Source of the DNA: Sminthopsis crassicaudata
Lineage: Eukaryota
NCBI RefSeq assembly: GCF_048593235.1
Contig: NC_133623.1
Coordinates: forward strand, 81,175,752 to 81,239,751
Direction: 5' to 3'
Length of the DNA: 64,000 nucleotides
The notes under the pieces are model-generated. The model ran no database searches, had not been told where the DNA came from, and was given only the letters and a program-made list of their open reading frames with translations. The translations under genes and the position numbers were made by a program. Of the stretch, positions 33,401-48,400 are shown piece by piece (within the stretch, counting starts at the first letter, position 1; each line of letters opens with the position of its first letter).

Positions 33401-36400
33401 GGCAACCACAGAGCCCGCACCCAAGCTGTTCCCTTTCCCCGGAGCCGTCTTCGGGCAGAACTCGCTCAAGTTCTCTGCAGCGGGGGCCGTTTGCACCGGC
33501 CCAGAACAGTCCCGGCACGCACACACAGCGAGCACGTCCGTACCGTGGGTGACGTTCCCAGAGCGCCCGCTGCCTTGCCCTGGGTGGGATTAAGCAGGCA
33601 AAGCAGCTGAGAAAGAGTTTGCCCAGACCCACCATGTTTTCCCTGGGCTGCTGGGGCTGTCTATTCATCTGAATGAGTGCTGAGGAGGCCCGTCCTCCAG
33701 GCAACCCAGCCAAGGCCCGTCCCCAACATTTCCCACCTTCGGGGGCAACCGGCCAGCGCTCGGCACGCCAGAGCCCGCCCTCCACCTTGCAGATTTCTGT
33801 TTTCCTTTCCGGCTCTGGCGACCCTGAAGGTTTCTCCCCCCGGGGGGCCGAGCCGGTGTTTCTGCGGCCTTTGGCACAGCCCTTGCCTAAAGATGCTGTA
33901 GGGCCTTTGGCATTTATCAGACCAAGGCTTCTGATGTTTAGAAACAAACGGCGAGAACAATTGTTTCCTTGCACACTGTCCACTCCCGATCTGGAGAGTG
34001 GCGTCTCCCATCACACTCATGCTGAAGGTGCCCCTGGGCTCACCAAGCAGTGGTCTAGAGGAAAGGCCCCAGGGCATTCTGGGGCCAGCTTCACTAAGTA
34101 GGATTCCTAATGAGCTCAGTCAGACAGTGGGGAACTTGCAGGCCTGGCTCCTTGGGAAGACATCATCATCTACTGAATCCTGTGGGGTCAGGACTAGGAT
34201 CTGTATGACAGTTTCTCCATGTTAAGTTTCAAACAACAAATGTTTGACTTCAGCAGAGGTCTCAGTGGAACATGTGTGGGTGCCCAAGAGTCCATTAATG
34301 AATACCCCACCCCCAATCCCACAAGAGGGAACTACAGGCTTCAGGCTGACTTGGCCTTTCCACCTGCCCTCCAGATGCCCGTCTCGCCCGCCAGGACACC
34401 CTCAGGATGCCAGGGTCCGGCCACCTGCCTTCCAGAGACATCTCACTATGTGCGCTGTTTGCCCCAGTGAAACCATGTGCTCCTTATAACCGGGGGCTAG
34501 CAATGGCTCTTCCATCCAAACGCTTGTTTATTCCTGCCTGGCCTCCTAAGAGCAAAGCTTCCATTAAGCTTCCGGCCACACTGACTGGGGGAGAGAGCAA
34601 AGCCAAGGCCAGTCCTCCCGCTAACGCAGCAGCCGCCCTGAGCCTTCCCCGGGGCTGAGGATACCACGCGGGAGAGAACCCCAATCTCAGCTCCGGAGGC
34701 CAGCACAGCCTTGTCATCTCACTCCCGACCTCTCTTTACCCTAAGTGGACAGCAAGTACTCAAGACAAGGCTAGAAAGTAGAAGTGTGAGATTCCAATTG
34801 GCCGGACTACGTAGCTCTCGAGGGAGGATAGCAGGCAGAGCACGTGCACAACTTGCGCCCCCAGAATGCAGCACGTTTACAAGTAAAGGGGAGAAATCTG
34901 ATGGAGAGAAGGGATTCGAGATGCCTTGCAGTCGGGGTGAGCAGGGCTAGAGCCTTTCCTGTCCCTGTATCTCATTTTCTAATATGGAGCCTCAAGACCA
35001 CAATGCCTGCCTCTGACCCAACAGAACAGCGAGCTGCTCTTCTACTCCTCAAGAGGGGATGCCGAGCCACACTACAGATATTCCCAGGGTCCCACGGATG
35101 GCGATGACGCCAGTAGTACCTGTGGATTTTTCTGTAGGCATCTTGCTCTTCCTGGCACAGAATCCTGGGCAATTCAATGGCTGCCTCGAGGGATGCTTTC
35201 CCCATGGTGTCTTGAGGCAGGACGTGGAGTGGAATATCAACTCTCTCGTACCTGTAAAAGGCAATTGAGGCAGCCTCAGCTAGAGATCCAGGAACAGCCT
35301 TCTGGCCTGCTGACACTTACGTGAAGGGCCTGTTTCACCTCCTTGTGGCGGGAGGGCACGGAGCCTCACAGCAGGAGGCAGGCAGGGCCAAGAATCAGAA
35401 AAGAAGTCTGAGGTCAGATGAGATCACAGATTTAGTCAGTGTGCAAACGCTCTCCACTGAGACAGATAAGCCACTGCTCTGTAACTCAGCAGTCTGAAGA
35501 GAGCTGGCTGGGAAGAGCGGGCCAAGTGCCCAAGGTCCACAAGATGACAAACTTGGAGGGGTAGCATGGGGCCTGGGTCCCCCAAGTCTCCCAGTCAGGC
35601 ACTGGGCCTGCCACAGGGCCCACTCCCACGTATTCACATGGATACTTAGCAAAGAAAAAGTCCAGCAGGGGAAGCCGACGGGAGCCTGCCAGGCGTGCTA
35701 TGGCCGGGTTGCTTTGAACTAGCTGACAAAAGCCAGCAGGCCTTTCATGGTCACTCCAAAAGCTGAGGCTGAAGTTAATCAAGGATTTCTCCAACTATTC
35801 ATTTCCCCTAGCTCGGTCTGAGGGCTTATATGTGGCTTTAACCAAACCTTAAGTGGGGACTGGGACTCAGCGGTACCACCACCAAACCCGCGGAGTGTGG
35901 CCATCTCCAGAACGGGCGCGCTCTTTCTGGTAGCTTATGCCTCATCCTACAATTGCACAAAGGCAGTCAGCAAGCTGCCTTCCAAAGAGAGAAGAGCCCA
36001 TTCTATAGGCGGACCAGCCACTTGCCTAGCCTAACTAGCTTGGCCTGCCACACCTCCCAGGCCACAAAAAGAGGGGGTAGCGATGGTGCAGCCAGATCTA
36101 AACTTCTAAGAACCTCTCTTTTAATTGCTAATTGCGCGCTTAAGCAAGCTCTTTGATCCCCATTAAAGTCCTCAGGAAATACTAATGGGTCTGAATTGCC
36201 TCCCATTTTACATTTCCCAGTTGAATGGCCCAATACACTTTCCTCAAATTAAAAGCTCAATTTATCAAACACCTTGCATAATTCCCCCAGAAAAGACAAG
36301 ACTAGAGAACACAGGGAAGGAATGGCTTGTTCCCCAGCCTTGCCTCCATCTACCAGAGCCTGGATCTCCTTCCTGGCAGGGCCTCTTCCCCTGATGCTCC

Positions 36401-39400
36401 CCTCACACCTCTCCACCTGGGCTCCTTAGCGGGTTCTGCCTCCAGTTCTCTGGGCCTTGCTCCCACCTATCTGCTCCCAGATCATCTCCTCTATTCTAGG
36501 TGGTGGTCCTCAGACCTCGCTCCGTGGTCCTATTTCACTCCCATCAGCCCCCATAGATAGAATAAGCATGTCTAGAGGTAAGGCTTCTCTTCTCCTGCCC
36601 CACTCTCTCTGCGGACCTCCAATTTCATTTTTCCAGCATGTATCTCTCATCACATTCACCACGGACAAGGCTGGGCTCATCCCCCCTGCCCCAGCCCTTC
36701 CACCATCCGTCTGGTTCCCTGCCTGCCAAAGAGCGGCCTGGCCAGTCCCCTGTCCTCACTGCAGCCCATCCTTCCCTCTGGTGTCAGCGATCTGCCTAAA
36801 AACACAGACCACTCAACAGTCGGTCCCCCCCCCCTAAAAGTTTCTATAAGCTCCTAACACCTCCAGGAATTAAGTGCCAAATTCTAGGGGAGTCCATCCC
36901 AGGCCCCTTCCTACCTTTCCACGAGCCCGCGCCCCTGGCCTCCTCGTCGTTCCTCTGACAAGAAATTCTATCTTCCAACTGCAGCCCATACTCCACGCCT
37001 AGAACGATCCCCTCCTCACCTCGGCCTCTTGGCTTCCTTTGGGACTCAGCTCAAAGTCCTACCTTCTACAGGAAGTCCTACCTTCTACAGGAAGTCCTTC
37101 GTAATCTCCCTGAATGCTAGTAACTTCCCCTGCTGAGTATTTCCAATGGATTCTGCCCATAGCTTGTATACCCGGAGATATTCAGATACAAAAATGTTCA
37201 TCTTCTTGAGTGCAGACACTGGGTTTTGCCTTTCAATGGGCAGCTTAGCAGTGCCTGGCACACAGCAGGTGCTTAATAACAGCTTGCTGACTGTCATCTT
37301 CCACCAACTTCCTATATTACTCCGGATTCCACCTTGAGCTGGGATACAGCAAAGAAATTCAATCCAACCAGGTATCGGAGTGCACAGGACCCTCTGCCGC
37401 CCTAGCCACTCAAAGCATTCTGGGTGTTGTGCTTTCTCCCCAAAGCTCGACTGTCCTGCTCACTGGGGAGGCCTATTTAAAACCTCCTGGAAATATTGGG
37501 AAACGATCTGTTCTCCAACCTTTACCTTTCCTCGTCCTCTTCGGAATGGATTAAGAGTGGTTGCCCAACCTCCCTGTGCCCGTTTTGAGCCTTTTCTTTC
37601 TCATGCCCTGTGGCCCACGTAGGGGCAATGGCATCTGAGGGCTGGCCAGGGAAGAGGAAGAGACTCATTCGGAGCATTTACCTCACACTGTACTGGAACA
37701 TATTCTGGTACTTTCCTTGTTTAAGGTTTCTACAAACGTTACCTCGAATCATTTCAGCAGAGACACGTGAGAGGGCACGGTGGGAGACAAGGACCAGACC
37801 ATGAACAAGTTTAGATGTTTCTCTCTACAGGCTAGAAATACTTGAATTTAGAATAATGCTAAGTTAATACAAAATTGGTTTGGGCACACTTGTCCCTAAA
37901 ACAAAGAGTACATGATGGACTGAAAAAGCTGCCCGGAGCCTCTCCTTCTGCTGTGTTCAGGCTTCCTTCTTTAACTATTTTGCATGACTATTATTTGTGT
38001 GGGTCCAGTTCTCTTCCCGGACTATAAGCTCCTAGAGGACTGTGGATTATCTACCTTTGACTTTTCCCCACCGAGCAGCGCTTGGTACTCACCAGATTCC
38101 TCACAAACCTCCCTAACTTCCTCCACAGTGCAAGCCTAGTGACGTGTGGCCTCTAGTGGCAGGAGTGGGCTGAGCCCAAGACTTTTGCTGCCCAAGCGGT
38201 GGGCGTCTATTAGTTATGCTGTCTGCTCAGCACACAGTAGGCACCTAATATCTACCAAATTAAACATAGGACCAGAGAAAATGAGGAATTCCAAAAATGC
38301 TTTAAAAAGCTGGTCCTTTCCAGATTCCATATTCCAAACCAGATTTCACTGGTGCCAATGTTTCCTGCAGGCTTTCTGAGCCCAAGGTGAAGGAAGGCTT
38401 CTTATCCGGGTTTTACCCAGGGTTCCCCAGAGAGGAGCTGAACAGCACACTGAAGGCCCTCCTTGTTCGTTCCTGTACTAAGGTCACCAGCAGTGACAAA
38501 GGAATCCACACATGTTCAGGCTGGCTGGACTGTTAATGAGAGGAAGCTAAAAAAAAAATCAGCACAAGGAAGCACAAATGAAAAAGGCCCGGCCGCACAG
38601 GCAGGTTATGTTGCTTACTCAGATACTGCTCAGAAATGGTACATCTGACATTCTTACTATCGAAAAACTTGAAGTTTAGCTTTGAAAACCACAGTAACTT
38701 GGTATTTCTCAAGCAACAAAGAGAAGGTTCTCATTCTCTGGGTCTCTATCTCCTCTCTCTTACCCACTGGCCATCTCTCTCTGTGTGTCTGGCTTTCCTC
38801 CCCACTGCTGTCTCTTCCTTTCCCCTTGCTCCTTTCTTTCTTTCTTCTCTCCCTCTTCCCGTCTCCCTTCCCCTTCTCTGTCTCTTCTCTCTCTCCCTCC
38901 TCTCTTTCCCCTCTCCTTTCCCTCTCTTCTTCCCTTCTCTCAATCTGTCTCCCCCTTTGGGTCTCTCTCACTGCTGTCTCTCGGTCTCTCTTCCCCCTCC
39001 TCATCCCCCCATTTATCCAGTCCTTAAGGTCTATAGTTGTAAGCCACTCAGGTACTCTCTGACTGCCAGAGCTAACAACTAGCCGGGCCTTTGTAGCAAT
39101 CTTGCCAAATGACAAAGGAGACTCTATCCCCTATTCTAAAGATGTATAAAGAAATGGAGTTTCTGGAAAGACAGGCACTCCCTGACAGACTGGGTCAGCC
39201 AACAATCATGTGAAGAAGGCAGGCCATTCTCAATAGCAAGTGTCTATTCATCAATAAGCTGACTGAAAGAAATTGGGGTTTTAATACTAGGATTCTGAAA
39301 TCAAGTTTACACCACAGCTGGGCCAGGAGCCAGAAAGGCTGAAGTAATTAAGGGAAAGAGCAAGGTTAATATTATGGGGAGGTTTGGGGTTTGGACTTGT

Positions 39401-42400
39401 GATACCATTGGTACAGGAAACTTTCAGAGTAGAAATTTCCTCCCCGATACCTGTTAGCACATGAGCTATAAAAACCAGGTTCACATGTAGTCCAGGGTCC
39501 CACGATCTACATGCCCCTGTTGATACACAGATCTAAGATTCCAAAGGCCGTGCTTAGCCACTCCGCCAAAATGCCTCTCGAGTTAAATGTTAAGAGTTAA
39601 AAATGAGAAATCCAAAGTTCTATTCTCAGGCTGATTATGGGATCCCAAGCTTCCCTGTGCCTCCCATCAGCAGAAACAGCTAATTCATTCATGCCGCAAA
39701 GGGATGCTTATGGAGAAAGGTAGTCTAAAGCATTCCTTGAGAGGCTTAGCTTGATTTATACCTCTGTGAAAATCCTATAAAATTTGAGGAAAAAATAGAA
39801 TAGAAACCACACTCCCCCCACAGCCCCTCCCCACACGCATGCATACTAAACACACACACACCCCCGGGGATACTTACTCAGAGCCCTTCTGAGCCTGAAT
39901 GGACTGAAAGCAAGTGTAGAGAATGCGGCCAGTCTGTAGAAATCAATACGGACAAAGTGGAATCAAAACAAGGAGGGGAAAAGCTACCCCAATGTCACCT
40001 AGCCTAGACGCCCTGAGAACCCCAAGGAGATCAGTAAGACTTCACAGAGTCTGAGCTGGCAGGGGAAGGAACGAGCAGGCTGGCCGGCCAGCCTGAGGGC
40101 ACTGAGCTAGTGATCTACCTCCAGTCACCTACAGCCAACAAAGGCTCTCAGAGGTCAAGAGGTCCAAGCCTTCATTTTTATGGACAAGTGACACACACAA
40201 GGTCACATGGGCAGGGAGTCACTGAGCCAGGGTCTCCGCCCACCACGCCACACTGCCTTCTGAAATCCAGACCCAAGTAGAAACAAAGCCTGTAAAAAGA
40301 GAGGGTGAGGAGAGGAAGAAGGAAAACAGGCAGCAAGGAAATAATGAAGACGCTCAGAACTAAAACACACCATATGTCACGGGACCCAGTACAACAGAGT
40401 AGAGATCAGCAAATCTAGAGCCAAAGGACTTGACTTCAAATCCTGGGTATCCTGGTTTCCGCCTAGGTAACCTCCTCGGGGTTCAGGGTTGGACATGGGG
40501 GCCTCCGAGGGCCCCGTACGGTCTAGATGGGGGGTGCCTGAGCTTTTGGGTGGGATGCTGGCATGTCACATTATGGCCAGCTTCATGGCCTGCACACAGC
40601 AGGGTGCCCAGGGTCCTGGAAGGGGGGAGGAGAAATCTGAACTATCCCTCCCTTCTCCTCCTTCCAACTCTACTGGGGATTTTTTCCTCTGTTTGTATCC
40701 ACTACATACCTTGGCATTTTTGTCCTCAATGAAACAGGAGAAGATAAGTCCCACAAAGCTCTGATCCATCATCTGATACATGGCCTGGGTGCGAATATCT
40801 ACACGAACAGCAGACACACAAATAAGACATCACTGTCCAGCCACGATCTCTCAGAAAGTTATCGGAGAGGCTCCCTAAGAGGATACAGCACTGCCAGGCT
40901 ACGATACATGCTCAACGGAAGGCTCTCACACAATCGTTTTTCATTTGGATTACTTAAAATATTGCCAAAATGCAACGAGGAAACTTTATCCTCTGTCCTT
41001 CCAAGTAACCTAAATATAAATCAGTACTTTAAAAAGAATGAATGAAAATCCCAAATAATTCAGAAACTGCTATTTAAAGGTAGGCAGATTTTAGTTTAAA
41101 AAAGGGTTCTCACTCTGTGTGTCTCCCTCTCTCTCAACCCCCCATCTCTCCCACCCCCCATCTCCCTCTCTCACCCCCACCTCTCTCCTCTTTGTCTCTG
41201 TCCCTCTCTCCGTCTCTACCCCCCCATCCTCCATTTCTCCTCTTTCTGTCTCTCTCCTCCCTCCTCTTTTTCCTTGACCCAGCTTTTCTGTGTCTTTGTC
41301 CCTTCCCTTCCCTCCTTTCCCCCTCCCCAATCTATCCATCCCTAAGGTCTATAGTTCGAAGCGAGAAGTGATTTCCCTTCTTCCTCAAAGAGAGGCCGCT
41401 GCACAGGCTTTCACCCTAAGTGAACAGCAGTATGTACCAACACCTCCAAAACCACTGGTTCTGGTGACAAAAGGCCCGGGTTCAAATCTGCCACTACCAT
41501 GTGACCCATCAGGCCTCCATGGTCTCTACAGAAGCTTCCATGAACCTCTGATGGAGAGCTGGCCTTTGGGGAGATACTCAGGGGCAGGAGGAGAAATATC
41601 TCCATAGTGGATGTAGCTCTGGCTGCTGAAACCCCACCTCTAAGTAAAAATAAAAACTGGAGGGGCATTTTCGGGTGGTCTGTGTTGCAAATACAAAAGC
41701 AGGCAAAGATGAGATGCCCCCCTGCAGAGCAGTCCTTTGGGCAGGCCAGCTTGGGGCTCAGGAGGCCATTTCTCAATCTCTCCTCCGGCTCGCCCTCCCT
41801 CTTAATCTCCCTCTCCTCCTCTCAATCTCTCTCATCCCCCCTTCTCCCTCTCTCTCTCCTTCTCTGTCACTACTCCTCCCCCTGACCCTGCCCTGCCACT
41901 GCAAACCCCCCCCCCCCCCCCCCCGCCAGGACAAGATAGCTATATTTTGGCTTCATCCAAATCCAATTGCTTTTCAGCAGCTCCAGGAAAACCATCCTCA
42001 CTATTCCTTTATCTGTCATTCAACATGAATCAGCAGAGGCTTTGCCATGGCAACTGGTGACATCAGCTGCCACAAGCCACTACTGCAATCAATCAGTCAA
42101 TGAACATTGATTAAGCACCTACTACATGCAGGGCACTGGGCTAAGCAATACTTACCAACATGAGATGGCCACACAGTGATATGGGGATGAGAATGATACC
42201 ACCCCACAACTCTCATGGGATGGCCAGTCAGTTCAGTCAATCTGTAAAGGACTCTGTTAAGGACTCTTTAAAAGCAGCATTTGGGCGGGGTTGTGTCAGT
42301 GGCAGTTTGAAGATGAACAGGCTCTGGCCCAGTTTCAGGTCAGTTATCTGACTCATCCTGAAGCCCAGTTCCCAAGGCCCCCTGCTGCCCGTGGGGGTCT

Positions 42401-45400
42401 GGCACCTGACTTTCCCTCTCAGACTCAGGCTCCCAGCTCAAAGGCATCCCCTTCTCTTGCCTTCTCCAGTGGGCATTGCACAGCCGGAGTCCGAGCCGGG
42501 TCTCAGACATTTACCAGCTGAATCGCAGTTTCCTTCTTTGTAAAAGAGGCTGATACCGGTAGAACTTCCTTCACATGGCCTCAAGGAGGCTCAAATGAGA
42601 ATGTTTGTAAGGTTTCAAAGACTTAAAGTCCTACAGAAATAAGAGCTAGTAAGAGGATGGAGCCAGCAACCTTGCTCCCTATATCTCTGATAACATGGTC
42701 GCTTCCCACAACCCGGGATGGGAATTTAGCACTGGCTTTTAGAGTGAGAAGAGTAGGTAGCATGACAATATATGAAAGACACACGCCATTATTTCAAACG
42801 GAATCACCGAACATGGATCTGTACAAAGCTGAATCCAATTCACTTAAGTTCGATCCAGCAGGGAGAGAAAAAACACTGACAAATCAGAAGCGTTTTCAGG
42901 GGAAACTAGCCCTACTCCCTTCCCGCCCATCATCAAACCACCTCTCCAAGGGAAGGAAGGTGGCGCATTTCCTCAGGCCTCCTCAGGCCCCTGGCAGGTC
43001 ACTAGGATTACGTCGCCATCCGCTGAATTCTAGTGTTCTTTTAGGAAGTGCATCATTGGAGTCCCTGCATATATTATTTTCTTGCTTCCACTCACTTATA
43101 CAAGTGTCCCCAAATTTCTCGGACAATCTGTTCAACCATTCTGCAACTGATGGGCACTGAGTCTGTTTTCAGTTCTTTGCTACCCCAAATATTTTGGTAT
43201 CCTAAGGCTGTTCAGGAACATGTGTGCCAAGAATTAAATTCTCATTTTTGAATAGAGGAGGCTTGAGAAGCAAAGGCAAAGGGCCCAGCTTTCTAATCTG
43301 CCTCTTAGGCTTCAACAGCATCTGCTTCTAAGACACCAGGTTGCCTGAAAATTAGAACAAGGATTGTACATAACAGAGACTGCGCTAAAGAGGTGAAGCT
43401 GGACAGGCAGCTGGCTCCGGGGAAATTTACAAGCTGGAGCATAGTAGATGACTTTGGCTACAAAAGGTGAGGCTACCCTGGGAAAACCTGGCAAGCCGGG
43501 TACCCCAGTGTGTGCTGGGTGCATCAGGCCACACAAGGTCTCTGGGGGAGAGGAGGGACCAAATGCTAACATCTAAGAGGAGCTCTTTTTTTTCCCCCCT
43601 GAGGCTGGGGTTAAGTGACTTGCCCAGGGTCACACAGCTAGGAAGTGTCTGAGGCCACATTTGAATTCAGGTCCTCCTGAATTCAAGGCTGGTGCTCTAT
43701 CCACTGTGCCCCCTAGCTAACCCTAAGCAGAGCTCATTGAGCTGGAAAGTTTGAATTTGGACCTGCGAGCCTCTTCCCCTTTATCTCTTGTGAGCTTTAA
43801 AATAAAATTGCAATGAATCAAGTTTAGGAAGAAAACCCAGTTTAAGAAGCTGGGCATCATCTCTCTGACATAAGATGAGAAATGTCTGCATGTCTTTATT
43901 AATTTTATTCTCTTTAATGTCATTTCTTAAAATGCTACGTTGGAAATGTAGAGGCTATGCATTGTCCCTAAATCTTAACTTTAAAAAGATAAAAGCCAAG
44001 GAGGAATTATATCAATTCCTACTTAATTTACTATGAAATCACATAGCGATTCCACGTCAACAATGCTCTGTGTGCAAGAGGGCCGTTTGAAAGTTAGGTC
44101 TAGAGCAGTGGAGGTCGTTATCCCTCGCAAGTTGCCACTGTGGTCTTTTCTTTTATTCTGTTGTAATCCATTTCATGTTGTTCTCGGTTTTGTAAAGCGC
44201 GGACTTCCTGGTCTCATTTCATATTGCTTCCTCCCCCTTTCTCCCCAAATTGGATGGCTAGAAGTTCTCTGAATTCAATCAACATTTCTCACCTTTGTGT
44301 ATGCTTGGAACCACTATGCCCAGAATGTACTTTCCATGTCTACCTTTCACAAATGGCGCTCCATTTATCGTATGGAGATTTACTTCATCTTATCTCCTTC
44401 AAATTTTCTTAAACTTCCAACCTAGTTTTCACCTCTAACCCCACCACGTAATTTCTCCTATTATATTAGTATTTAAATAGCACTTTATAGATATTATATC
44501 CCACTTTATCTTCTTAACATCTTTGGGAAGCAGGGGCTATTCCTATGTCCATTTTACAGGTGGGGAAACTAAGGCAGGAAGCATTTCAATAACTTGCCCA
44601 CAGTCACATAGCCAATAAATATCTGAGGCTGGATTAGAATTCAAGGTCAGATTCTATTGATATTTTATATTCTGAGGATCAAAATAAAAAGCTCACCATG
44701 CTGAAAACACCAGAACTCATGGCTCCGCTTTCAAAGATCCGTCCCTCATTTCCTCCAGCTTTTCCATTGGCCACACTAGGTTAATTTAGAACAAAAACTC
44801 AGCTTTTGAGACAGGATATACTCAGAGAGATCCTGTAGTCCAAAGTATATGTCGTCCATACACAGAAACTGAGGCCCAGAGATTCCCCTTCCCAAAATGA
44901 CCTAAGTAAAAGGAGGCCACAAGCTCAGAGTTCAAATCCAAAGCTCTTCTCTGTGCCCACCAAGCCACGGTACACAGAGGACATACTTGTTTGTGATGCA
45001 AATGGAAAAAGAAGATGGGTCACTCAATCCCTGGTACCAGCAGGGGGTCATAGCATGTGCCACTCCATCTGTGTTTCCCTGGCTGTGAAACGGGGAAATT
45101 AGCCTGGATGAGGTCCAGGGACACTTACGATGTGTCCTCCAAGGCCCGCTCCTGGAGCTTCCTTCCAAGTCTGTTCAGTTACCGATGGCTGACATTCTCC
45201 TGGCTCTATCAGAGTTTAATATGTCAGCTGAGCCCCGAAGCCTCAGGTAGCTGGTACCAAGAGCAAGAGGACCATTTTCCAAATTTCCAAGAAACAAAGG
45301 TTCCAAGGTAAAGTGGCTTATCTAGTGTCACCCAGATACCACGTGGCAAATCCGGGAAAGACCCTAACACCCTAGCCAGCTGAGCAGCCAGAAGCTTAGC

Positions 45401-48400
45401 TTCAGTGGCAGTTTTTTATGGAAGAAATCAAAGTTATCAATGGCCATGTGAAAAAAAAAAGTTCAAAATCACTAGTGGTTAGAGAAATGGAAATTCAAGC
45501 AACTCTGGGATTCCACTGGACAGCCCAAGTTCATACCTAAGGCATCAATGACTCCTTAAGGATCCTGTGCCCTGCAGGGCATCTTCTTTCTCCAGCCCAC
45601 CATCTGTATAATCAAATGCATTATCTTACCCCCTCAAACTCATCCATCTCCTCAGTTCTTCATTTCTATCTGTTCTCATCCCAATTCTAGACACTGAGGT
45701 TCACAACATCATCCTCACCTCTTCCTTCTCCCTTGTATTCTAGTCACATTCCCGTTTCCCTGGCTCTGCTCACATGTGGCCCCCATCTAGGTTCAGGTGC
45801 CCAAGAACTCTGGTCCAAACTACTCTACCAGCAGTGAGGACACTGCTTTCCCTGGCTCCAGCACGCCCCCTCCCTCCCCTACAATCTATGCTTTTCCTCA
45901 CAGCTGCTAAAGTGATATTCCCAAAGCACAGGCCTGCCCCTGTCACCCTGCCCTGCTTAGAGAGCTCCAGTTTCACATACAGAATAAAACACAGGCCGGG
46001 CGGTTTGGCATTTAAAGCTCTTTCTAAATTTATTACATATTACTCCCCTTCACACACTCTATGGTTCAGCTAACTGTCCTGTCATTTTTTTTTCCTGAGG
46101 CAATTGGGGTTAAGCGACTTGCCCAAGGTCACACAGCTAAGACGTGTTAAGTCTGAGGCCAGATTTGAACTCAGGTCCTCCTGACTTCAGGGGTGGTGCT
46201 CTACCCACTGCATTACCTAGCTGCCCATGTCTTGTCATTCCTTACAAATGCCAACATTTGGACAGTGCAGAGCCAAGAAGGCAGACTAGTAGGAAGCAAA
46301 GGGGCGAGGGCCCTTCCACACTCCTCTATACATAGATCTAAAACACGCACCAGACTGAAGCCCAATCTTGGCAAAATACAAAAAAAAGGCACAGTAAGTC
46401 CCTTATCTAACCCAGCTCAGCTTAGGGAGACAGGCAGAGAGGGCTTCAGACACTTGGGTCAGGAGTAGGCCAGGAGCACCCTGGGAAAGAACTCCAATGC
46501 CCAGAGAGGGAGGGAATTTCAAACCTGTAGCAGGGCACTGCAGTGGAGATAGTTGCCAAATGGCAGCTTTGACCCCCATTACCCAAGCCTGACTCACAGA
46601 TCCAGGAATCTGTAGAGAGGAATCACTGGGAAGGGAGGCCACAGGCATATATGGAGAAAGGAGGAAATCCAGAAGGCAGCAGCAACAGTGAGGTAACTCA
46701 GGCTTCAGAATCGGCCTTCTAGCATGCAGCCTGCAGACAAATAACCAGTGGGAATTCTAAAGCAAAGGAAAGCCTACAATTCTGTCACTCCAAACCAACA
46801 GTGCTTTCTACCTGCTAAGCCTGCCGGGAAGTCTCCCATTGGTCAGAACTAGGTCAGGAACTTGAAGGCCTCAGACCAGGGGGAGAGCAGTCAGACTTTG
46901 TCCGGAATCAGGCCTTTTGGGGATCACTACAAGCCTGCAGGCCCCTAGTCTGAGCTGGTCCTGAAATCCTGACTCAATAGCCCAAAAGAGCAGCGAGAGG
47001 GCCTGCCTAGATCTTCCCTCCAGAAGTGTTCAGCCAGAAAGTAGGCTGCAGAAATGGAAAATAAAAAGAAGCCCACCTTAACAGATATTATGGTGGCAAG
47101 AGAGCTTAAAGGGCTTCAAAACATCTACAAGCAAAGGCCCAGAAAAAAACCCAACTATTCCTGGAAGAGTTTAAAAGAAAAGAATTTTTAAAAAGTTTTT
47201 ATAAATGAAATGTCAGCACTAGAGGAAAAAGTGGGGAAAAAGTGAGAGCTATGGAAGAATTGGAAAGGGAATTAAGAGCTTTTGATCTAAGAGTATAAAA
47301 CTTGCCCAGGCAACAATGATACTATGAGGCAACAAGAACAATGAAAACAAAAGCAAAAAACAGGAAAAAAGACAATATAAGGTATCTTATAACAAAAATA
47401 GCTGACTTGAAAAATAGACTGACATCCACAACTGTTCTGAAGGATCTATGATGAAAAATCTTATCCATATGCAGAGAAGGAACTGATTTGAGCCTGCCTA
47501 CAGATTGAAGCATTCTCCCTCTCCCTCTAAATTAACTTTTCTTGAAAATGTTTATTATCATTAGGGTGGGAGATCTATGTTTTCTTTCCCAACTTAGCTT
47601 GTGTGGAAATGTTTTCCATAACCTCACATGTGGGTTTCTTAATTGTAGATGAGGACAAGGGAAAGAACCTAGAACTCAAAAATTTTAAAAACAAAAATCT
47701 TTTTAAAAATTGTAACTGGAGAAAATGTTAAATTAAATTAATTTTTTTAAAAAAAAAAGAAAATTATGTCAAGAAAATACAAATAAAAACTGCTAAGATC
47801 TCTTAGAATCAGAAGATGAAATGAAAAAAGAATCCACCAGTCAGCTCCTGAACGAAACCCCAAAATAAAACCCATAGGAATTATAGCTAGAGCTTCCAGG
47901 TCAAAGAAAAAATTACAGCAAGCACCCAGAAAGAATGAGTGCATGTACTAAACAGCCACAGTTAGGATCAGCCACGATTTAGCTCTAAAGGAGCAGAGAA
48001 CTTGGAATATGCTATTCCAAAAAGCCAAGAATAGGGGCTTACAGCCAAGGATCATTTACTTAAACAAACTAAGTGTAATGTTCTGGCAAAGGGGCATAAG
48101 GATGGGGTGGAATGGATCTTTAATGAAGTAGAGAACTTCCAAGCATTCTTGATGAAAAGACCAGAACTGAGGAGAAATTTTGAAATCTAAACACAGAACT
48201 CAAAAGAAGAATATATAAAGGTAACTATGAATGAATAATGCTAAAGGGCTGAACAAGGATAGAGCTGCTTACATTCAAGAATGAGATGATCCATTTGGGA
48301 TTTTCTAGAATCCTGTCATTATTAGGAATTATTATTATTAGGAATTATTATTAGAAATTATTATTATTAGGAATTATTAGAGAAAGAACTCAATGAGACC

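Noticed and set aside
37054-37098. 19-bp tandem duplication AAGTCCTACCTTCTACAGG
   Set aside because: Local slippage inside an L2 fragment; no functional cue.
38636-39115. 148/152-aa ORFs, and similar ones at 41091-41371 and 32002-32366
   Set aside because: Translations of CT/GA low-complexity tracts.
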